20,000 nt of DNA from an uncultured virus (IMG/VR IMGVR_UViG_3300032288_004063) (taxonomy: Duplodnaviria; Heunggongvirae; Uroviricota; Caudoviricetes), in IMG/VR virus record IMGVR_UViG_3300032288_004063, one strand, 5' to 3'. The position numbers were made by a program, and so were the translations under genes. Of the stretch, positions 15,013 to 20,000 are shown piece by piece. A model generated the notes under the pieces. The model had not been told where the DNA came from and ran no database searches. It saw only the letters and a list, made by a program, of their open reading frames with translations. Within the stretch, counting starts at the first letter, position 1; every line of letters starts with the position of its first letter.

Positions 15013-15180
15013 ATGAAACCAGTCGCGGATGAAATTGAAAATCACACCAAGTTTCTAATCGAAAGACAGGTCATGAAACAAACCAATAGTGCGGTGTATC
15101 ATGAGATTTGGGGAGAAGTATCAGATCCAGTCTGGGACCATTGGAGTCAGATTCTGAATGCCATTACCGATGGAACCTAA
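15013..15180 (+). CDS. divergent array member B1 (not in ORF track)
   Basis: MKPVADEIENH...QILNAITDGT; TAA two codons before the usual ATGA junction. Confidence 0.6.
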   Translation: MKPVADEIENHTKFLIERQVMKQTNSAVYHEIWGEVSDPVWDHWSQILNAITDGT

Positions 15181-15182
15181 TC

Positions 15183-15365
15183 ATGAAATCCGTCAAAGAT
15201 GGAATTGCATATTGGGTCAGAGACTGTGTCCTCAAAGAAGTCGTAAGTCAAGTGGCTTCTGATGATTTTACTTTATCATATCATGTGATCTTTGATACTA
15301 ATCCGGCTTGTGGCAGAGTCTGGGGTCAGATTCTGGATGCATTTACCGATGGAACCAAACCATGA
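15183..15365 (+). CDS. divergent array member B2
   Basis: MKSVKDGIAYWV...QILDAFTDGTKP. Confidence 0.65.
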   Translation: MKSVKDGIAYWVRDCVLKEVVSQVASDDFTLSYHVIFDTNPACGRVWGQILDAFTDGTKP

Positions 15366-15544
15366 AATCGGTCAAAGATCAAGTCAGGACTCAAGTCGCA
15401 ATTTCAGTCTTGAAACAAGTCTGGGATCAAATCCCAAGTCAAGTCGTGAATAAAGTCGAACATCAAGTCTGGGATCAAGTCTTGGATGAAGTCGAGGATC
15501 AAGTCAGAGATAAAGTCTGCTCCAAAACGAGTACCGAACCATGA
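15362..15544 (+). CDS. QV-repeat miniprotein B3
   Basis: MKSVKDQV...KTSTEP. Confidence 0.7.
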   Translation: MKSVKDQVRTQVAISVLKQVWDQIPSQVVNKVEHQVWDQVLDEVEDQVRDKVCSKTSTEP

Positions 15545-15747
15545 AATCAGTCAAAGATCAAGTCAGAAACCAAGTCAGTCGTCAAGTCTCGCATCAAGTC
15601 TTTTTTCAAGTCTCGCATCAAGTCTTTTATAAAGTCAATGATCAAGTCAGGATTCAAGTCATGGATCAAGTCGATGAACAAGTCTGGTCTAAAGTCGAGG
15701 AACAAGTCTTTTGTAAAGTCTTGGATAAAGCGAGAGCCGAATCGTGA
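15541..15747 (+). CDS. QV-repeat miniprotein B4
   Basis: MKSVKDQV...KARAES. Confidence 0.7.
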   Translation: MKSVKDQVRNQVSRQVSHQVFFQVSHQVFYKVNDQVRIQVMDQVDEQVWSKVEEQVFCKVLDKARAES

Positions 15748-15926
15748 AATCCGCCAAATTTCAGATCACAAATCAAGTCATGCGTCGAGTCATAGACGAA
15801 GTCCTGAAACAAGTTGATATCCAAGTTTATAATCAAGTCCAGTATCAAGTCATGGATCAGGTCTTGCATCAAGTCTTTGATCAAGTCTTGGTCGAAGTCT
15901 TCAATAAAGCGAAAACCGAACCATGA
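15744..15926 (+). CDS. QV-repeat miniprotein B5
   Basis: GTG start in a GTGA overlap; ...KAKTEP. Confidence 0.7.
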   Translation: MKSAKFQITNQVMRRVIDEVLKQVDIQVYNQVQYQVMDQVLHQVFDQVLVEVFNKAKTEP

Positions 15927-16129
15927 AATCAGTCATAAATCAAGTCAGACTTGAAGTCGAGCGTCAAGTCTTGCTTCAAGTCAGAAATCAAGTCGGAAAT
16001 CAAGTCGAGAATCTAGTCTATCGTCAAGTCTGGCGTCAAGTCCAAGATCAAGTCTATGGTCAAGTCAGGCGTCAAGTCGAGGATCAAATCTTGTATCAAG
16101 TCTGGCGTCAATTCTATGGTCCAAATTGA
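15923..16129 (+). CDS. QV-repeat miniprotein B6 (out-of-register tail)
   Basis: Ends QFYGPN*, 10 nt before the next start. Confidence 0.65.
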   Translation: MKSVINQVRLEVERQVLLQVRNQVGNQVENLVYRQVWRQVQDQVYGQVRRQVEDQILYQVWRQFYGPN

Positions 16130-16139
16130 GAATCAATCC

Positions 16140-16349
16140 ATGAAATCAATCAAAAACCAAGTCTATGATCAAGTCAGAGAACAAGTCGCGAGTCATGTTT
16201 TGAATCAAGTCAGGGACCGTCAAGTCAGAGAACAAGTGTGGGAACAAGTTTACGATCAAGTTTGGGATCAACTCTGGAAACTAGGCCTTGAACAAGTCGA
16301 AGAACGATTTTTCAGACCAGTCTCTGATAAAACGAAAACCGAACCATGA
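16140..16349 (+). CDS. QV-repeat miniprotein B7
   Basis: MKSIKNQV...KTKTEP. Confidence 0.7.
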   Translation: MKSIKNQVYDQVREQVASHVLNQVRDRQVREQVWEQVYDQVWDQLWKLGLEQVEERFFRPVSDKTKTEP

Positions 16350-16537
16350 AACCAGTCATAAACCAAGTCCGAGATCAAGTCTATGGTCAAGTCTGGGATG
16401 AAGTCTATGGTCCAGTCAAGCATGAAATGTTCGATTTAGTCGCGAATCAAGTCTATGATGAAGTCGATCAGCGTGTAGGCCAAGTCAGAATCCAAGTCTT
16501 GAATAAAGTCTGGCATGAAGCGAGAACCGAATCATGA
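16346..16537 (+). CDS. QV-repeat miniprotein B8
   Basis: MKPVINQV...EARTES. Confidence 0.7.
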   Translation: MKPVINQVRDQVYGQVWDEVYGPVKHEMFDLVANQVYDEVDQRVGQVRIQVLNKVWHEARTES

Positions 16538-16704
16538 AATCAGTCAAATATCAAGTCCATGCTCAAGTCAGGCATCAAGTCGATGATAAAGTCTGGAATC
16601 AAGTCAGGGATCAAGTTCAGCTTCAAGTCAATCGTCAAATCTGGCGTCAAGTCTGGAATCAAGTTGAGGTTCGAGTCTTGTCCAAAGCGAGAACCGAACC
16701 ATGA
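16534..16704 (+). CDS. QV-repeat miniprotein B9 (not in ORF track)
   Basis: MKSVKYQVHAQV...KARTEP. Confidence 0.7.
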   Translation: MKSVKYQVHAQVRHQVDDKVWNQVRDQVQLQVNRQIWRQVWNQVEVRVLSKARTEP

Positions 16705-16883
16705 AATCAGTCACATATCAAGTCGAGAGTCAAGTCTGGCATCAAGTCCGGCGTCAGGTCGTGCATCAGGTCGTGCATCAGGTCGATGATCAAGTCTGGC
16801 ATCAAGTCAGAATTTCAACCAGCAATCAAGTCTGGATTCAAGTTGAACGTAAAGTCTTGTCCAAAGCGAGTGCGGAACCATGA
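16701..16883 (+). CDS. QV-repeat miniprotein B10
   Basis: MKSVTYQV...KASAEP. Confidence 0.7.
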   Translation: MKSVTYQVESQVWHQVRRQVVHQVVHQVDDQVWHQVRISTSNQVWIQVERKVLSKASAEP

Positions 16884-17062
16884 ATTTAGTCAGAAACCAA
16901 GTCCGAGATCAAGTCAGAGAACAAGTCGCGAGTCAAATCGGACATCAAGTCTTCGATCAAGCTTATGTCAATATCTCGGATCAAGTAATGCATCAAGTCC
17001 ATGCTCAAGTCTGGAATCAAACCGGGCGTCAAGTCTTGAATAAAGCGAGAACCGAATCATGA
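16880..17062 (+). CDS. QV-repeat miniprotein B11
   Basis: MNLVRNQV...KARTES. Confidence 0.7.
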   Translation: MNLVRNQVRDQVREQVASQIGHQVFDQAYVNISDQVMHQVHAQVWNQTGRQVLNKARTES

Positions 17063-17265
17063 AACCAGTCAAATATCGAGTCTTTTATCAACCCAGGGAT
17101 CAAGTCGAGAATCAATTCCATAATCAAGTCAGAGATCCAGTCCGGGATCAAGTTTGGGATCATGACTGGCATAAAGTCATGAATCAAGTCCGGGTTCAAG
17201 TTGCGGATCAAGTCTGGATTACAGTTGGATATAAAGTCTTGGATAAAGTCAGGTACGAATCATGA
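17059..17265 (+). CDS. QV-repeat miniprotein B12
   Basis: MKPVKYRV...KVRYES. Confidence 0.7.
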   Translation: MKPVKYRVFYQPRDQVENQFHNQVRDPVRDQVWDHDWHKVMNQVRVQVADQVWITVGYKVLDKVRYES

Positions 17266-17444
17266 ATTCAGTCAGAAACCAAGTCTGGTATAAAGTCACG
17301 GATCAAGTCCATGCTCAAGTATGGAATCAAGTCTTGTATCAAGTCTGGCGTGAAGTCGGGCATCAAGTCGAGGTACAAGTCTCTGATCAAGTCGAGGATC
17401 AAGTCGTGCGTAGAGTCTGGGATAAAGCGAGAATCGAATCATGA
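17262..17444 (+). CDS. QV-repeat miniprotein B13
   Basis: MNSVRNQV...KARIES. Confidence 0.7.
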   Translation: MNSVRNQVWYKVTDQVHAQVWNQVLYQVWREVGHQVEVQVSDQVEDQVVRRVWDKARIES

Positions 17445-17635
17445 ATTCAGTCAGAATCCAAGACTTGCGTCAAGTCCAGATTCAATTCCATAACCAAGTC
17501 TTCGATCAAGTCGAGCGTCAAGCCAGGCACCAAGTCTATGGTCCAGTCTTGGTTCAAGTCTGGAATCAAGTCTATGGTCAAGTCTTGGATCAAGTCGTGC
17601 GTAGAGTCTGCGATAAAGCGAGAACCGAATCATGA
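17441..17635 (+). CDS. QV-repeat miniprotein B14
   Basis: MNSVRIQD...KARTES. Confidence 0.7.
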   Translation: MNSVRIQDLRQVQIQFHNQVFDQVERQARHQVYGPVLVQVWNQVYGQVLDQVVRRVCDKARTES

Positions 17636-17814
17636 ATTCAGTCAGAAACCAAGTCCGAGATCAAGTCTTGAATGAAATCGATGACCAAGCCTTGAATCAA
17701 GTCTCGCATAAAATTCTGCGTCAAGTCTATGGTTCAGTCGGAGATCCAGTCTCTGATCAAGTCGATGATCAAGTCTGGGATCAAGTCTGGGATAAAGCGA
17801 GATCCAAACAATGA
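17632..17814 (+). CDS. QV-repeat miniprotein B15
   Basis: MNSVRNQV...KARSKQ. Confidence 0.7.
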   Translation: MNSVRNQVRDQVLNEIDDQALNQVSHKILRQVYGSVGDPVSDQVDDQVWDQVWDKARSKQ

Positions 17815-18005
17815 AATCAGTCAAACATCAAGTCGCGGATCAAGTCTGGAATCAAGTCTATGGTCAAGTCTTGGACCAAGTCGAGCGTCAAGTCTTTTAT
17901 CGAGTCGCGTTTAAAGTCCGTGTTAAAGTCGCGGATCAAGTCTATGAACAAGTCAGATTTCAAGTCGTAAATAAAGTCTGGCATAAAGCGAGAACCAAAC
18001 AATGA
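17811..18005 (+). CDS. QV-repeat miniprotein B16
   Basis: MKSVKHQV...KARTKQ. Confidence 0.7.
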   Translation: MKSVKHQVADQVWNQVYGQVLDQVERQVFYRVAFKVRVKVADQVYEQVRFQVVNKVWHKARTKQ

Positions 18006-18184
18006 AATCAGTCATAAATCAAGTCAGGAATAAAGTCAGAGATAAAGCCCATGGTCAAATCAGGCGTAAAGTCTTGGATAAAGTTGAGGAACCAGTCTGG
18101 GATCAAATCATAATTCAAGTCTATCGTCAAGTCTATGTTCAAGTCTCGCGTAAAGTCTTGGATAAAGCGAGGACCAAACCATGA
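18002..18184 (+). CDS. QV-repeat miniprotein B17
   Basis: MKSVINQV...KARTKP. Confidence 0.7.
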   Translation: MKSVINQVRNKVRDKAHGQIRRKVLDKVEEPVWDQIIIQVYRQVYVQVSRKVLDKARTKP

Positions 18185-18363
18185 AACCAGTCAGAAACAA
18201 AGTCCGAGATCAAGTCTATTTTCAAGTCCATGATCAAGTCTCATATCAATTCCAGGATCAATTCCAGGATCAAGTCTGGGATAAAGTCAAGAAACAAGTC
18301 AGGTCTCAAGTCTGGCATCAAGTTGGCCGTCAAGTCTTGTCCAAATTGAGAATCAATCCATGA
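18181..18363 (+). CDS. QV-repeat miniprotein B18
   Basis: MKPVRNKV...SKLRINP. Confidence 0.7.
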   Translation: MKPVRNKVRDQVYFQVHDQVSYQFQDQFQDQVWDKVKKQVRSQVWHQVGRQVLSKLRINP

Positions 18364-18530
18364 AACCAGTCAAAAACCAAGTCAGAGAACAAGTCTTGGA
18401 TCAATTCTGGGATCAAGTCTATGGTCAAGTCTGTCATCAAGTCAATCGTCAAGTCAATCGTCAAGTCTATGGTCAAGTCTGGATTCAAGTCTTGGATCAA
18501 GTCAGGCATAAAGCGAGAACCAAACAATGA
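18360..18530 (+). CDS. QV-repeat miniprotein B19 (not in ORF track)
   Basis: MKPVKNQV...KARTKQ. Confidence 0.7.
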   Translation: MKPVKNQVREQVLDQFWDQVYGQVCHQVNRQVNRQVYGQVWIQVLDQVRHKARTKQ

Positions 18531-18715
18531 AATCAGTCAGGCGTCAAGTCCGGGATCAATTCTTGGATCAAGTCTGGGATCAAGTCTGGGATCAAGTCTA
18601 TGGTCAAGTCTGTCATCAAGTCAATCGTCAAGTCTATGGTCAAGTCTTGGATCCTCTTCAAGTCAATCGTCAAGTCTATGGTCAAGTCTTGTTCAAAGCG
18701 AGAGAAGAACCATGA
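18527..18715 (+). CDS. QV-repeat miniprotein B20
   Basis: MKSVRRQV...KAREEP. Confidence 0.7.
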   Translation: MKSVRRQVRDQFLDQVWDQVWDQVYGQVCHQVNRQVYGQVLDPLQVNRQVYGQVLFKAREEP

Positions 18716-18894
18716 AATCAGTCAAAGACCAAGTCAGGAAAACAGTCATAGATCAAGTCAGATATCAAGTCTGGGATCAAGTCCAAGATCAAGTCTGGAA
18801 TCAAGTCTGGAATCAAGTCTGGCATCAAGTTGGCCGTCAAGTCTGGGATCAAGTTGGTCGTCAAGTCTTGTCCAAATTGAGAATCAATCCATGA
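18712..18894 (+). CDS. QV-repeat miniprotein B21
   Basis: MKSVKDQV...SKLRINP. Confidence 0.7.
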   Translation: MKSVKDQVRKTVIDQVRYQVWDQVQDQVWNQVWNQVWHQVGRQVWDQVGRQVLSKLRINP

Positions 18895-19082
18895 ATTCAG
18901 TCAGAAACGAAATCTGGAATAGAATTAGGAACAGATTCGACTTTGAAGTCGATATTCAAGTCGCACCTCAAGTATGGAATCAAGCCTATGATAAATTCGA
19001 TCAAGTCAAGAATCGAATCGACAATGAATTCTGGTTTATTGTCGTAAATCGAGTCTGGGATAGAGCGGGAGAAGAACCATGA
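18891..19082 (+). CDS. semi-divergent array member B22
   Basis: MNSVRNEIWNRI...RAGEEP. Confidence 0.7.
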   Translation: MNSVRNEIWNRIRNRFDFEVDIQVAPQVWNQAYDKFDQVKNRIDNEFWFIVVNRVWDRAGEEP

Positions 19083-19267
19083 AACCAGTCAGGGAACAAG
19101 TCTGGGATAAAGTCGAGGAACAAGTCTTGATTGATATTGAGGATCAAGTCGAGCGTCATGTCGATATGCAAGTTTACCGTCTAATCTTGCGTCCAGTAAT
19201 GTTAATGCTTCAATCTGATATGCGAGTCTATGATAAAGTCTTGGATAGAGCGGGAGAAGAACCATGA
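19079..19267 (+). CDS. semi-divergent array member B23
   Basis: MKPVREQV...RAGEEP. Confidence 0.7.
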   Translation: MKPVREQVWDKVEEQVLIDIEDQVERHVDMQVYRLILRPVMLMLQSDMRVYDKVLDRAGEEP

Positions 19268-19434
19268 AATCAGTCAAAAGTCAAGTCTGGGATCAAGTCG
19301 TAAATCAAATCGGAGATCAAGTCTGGAATCAAGTCTTGGATCAAGTCTGGAATCAAGTCAGGCGTCAAGTCTGGAATCAAGTCTGGAGTCGAGTCGGCTA
19401 CAAAGTCTTGTCCAAAGCGAGAACCGAACAATGA
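19264..19434 (+). CDS. QV-repeat miniprotein B24 (not in ORF track)
   Basis: MKSVKSQVWDQV...KARTEQ. Confidence 0.7.
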   Translation: MKSVKSQVWDQVVNQIGDQVWNQVLDQVWNQVRRQVWNQVWSRVGYKVLSKARTEQ

Positions 19435-19613
19435 AATCTGTCAGAAACCAAGTCAGAATCCAAGTCTCGCGTCAAGTCCAATATCAAGTCTGGGAGCAAG
19501 TCTGGATTCAAGTCTTGGATCAATTTAGACATCAAGTCTTGCATCAAGTCCGGATTCAAGTCTGGGATCAAGTTGGACATAAAGTCTTGAATAGAGCGAG
19601 AACCGAACCATGA
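19431..19613 (+). CDS. QV-repeat miniprotein B25
   Basis: MKSVRNQV...RARTEP. Confidence 0.7.
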   Translation: MKSVRNQVRIQVSRQVQYQVWEQVWIQVLDQFRHQVLHQVRIQVWDQVGHKVLNRARTEP

Positions 19614-19804
19614 AATCTGTCAAAGATCAAGTCAGAAATCAAGTCAGAAATCAAGTCTATGGTCAAGTCAGAGATCAAGTCTTGAATCAAGTCTGGGAGC
19701 AAGTCTGGGATCAAGTCGAGGTTGAAGTCGATAGTCAAGTCTGGGATAAAGTTGAGATTCAAGTCAGGGGTGAAGGTTGGTCCGAGGCGAGACTTGAACA
19801 ATGA
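19610..19804 (+). CDS. QV-repeat miniprotein B26
   Basis: MKSVKDQV...EARLEQ. Confidence 0.7.
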   Translation: MKSVKDQVRNQVRNQVYGQVRDQVLNQVWEQVWDQVEVEVDSQVWDKVEIQVRGEGWSEARLEQ

Positions 19805-19992
19805 AACCAGTCATAAACCAAGTCAGAAATCAAGTCGAGGAACAAGTCTGGAATCAATTCAGGTATAAAGTCGAAGGACAAATCTGGTATGTCCAGGATC
19901 AAGTCTGGTATAAAATTAGGGAACAAGTCTTGCGTCAAGTCTGGATTCAAGTTGGGCGTAAAGTCGAGAATAAAGCGAGATCCAAACAATGA
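19801..19992 (+). CDS. QV-repeat miniprotein B27
   Basis: MKPVINQV...KARSKQ; next unit begins at 19989. Confidence 0.7.
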   Translation: MKPVINQVRNQVEEQVWNQFRYKVEGQIWYVQDQVWYKIREQVLRQVWIQVGRKVENKARSKQ

Positions 19993-20000
19993 AATCAGTC

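Larger units (their letters stand above)
15013..20000 (+). repeat. QV-minigene array 2: 27 complete and 1 partial paralogous ORFs, runs off the window
   Basis: Starts at 15013, 15183, 15362, 15541, 15744, 15923, 16140, 16346, 16534, 16701, 16880, 17059, 17262, 17441, 17632, 17811, 18002, 18181, 18360, 18527, 18712, 18891, 19079, 19264, 19431, 19610, 19801, 19989. Confidence 0.95.

Noticed and set aside
6061..19989. Alternative-frame ORFs in the arrays (IKSG, SSLG and antisense LIPD/RLD frames, and long fusions such as 18421-18894 and 18600-19082)
   Set aside because: They are by-products of a stop-poor 12-bp repeat and of the frame shift at each ATGA junction; their starts and stops are irregular, unlike the QV frame.
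5857..20000. CRISPR array interpretation (constant junction plus variable interior)
   Set aside because: Interiors are 130-190 nt, are themselves made of 12-bp repeats and are mutually homologous; junctions are degenerate; no cas genes are in the window.
5857..20000. Diversity-generating retroelement
   Set aside because: No reverse transcriptase or TR/VR pair is visible, variation is not adenine-specific, and the most conserved core (TCAAGTC) contains adenines. An RT outside the window cannot be excluded.

Overview
This window reads as part of a large lytic dsDNA phage genome of T4-like type. Support: a T4-type RNase H/5'-3' exonuclease gene, dense co-oriented small ORFs, consensus sigma70 early promoters, (C/G)ATAAATA late-promoter-like boxes and a free-standing GIY-YIG/NUMOD3 endonuclease. 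The striking feature is a candidate novel system. A promoter-driven gene pair (a His-rich 'QGD...RQREY' protein and a DUF6745-like protein) is followed by two tandem arrays (5857-8551 and 15013 to beyond 20000). Together they hold 42 complete and 1 partial paralogous minigenes of 48-69 aa. Each is built from a 12-bp repeat (nnn-nnt-CAA-GTC, tetrapeptide xxQV) with a fixed head M(K/N)(S/P)V and a KARTEP-like tail, and almost all are chained by ATGA stop/start overlaps. The units differ from one another but share mosaic patches, including between arrays. Between the arrays lie an endonuclease cassette flanked by 31-bp direct repeats, with a structured leader that has a covarying second copy at 4.8 kb, and a block of early genes with repeated promoter-leader cassettes and a second shared gene junction (CAAGCCATGAGC). 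All family assignments come from motif recognition by eye; no searches were run.
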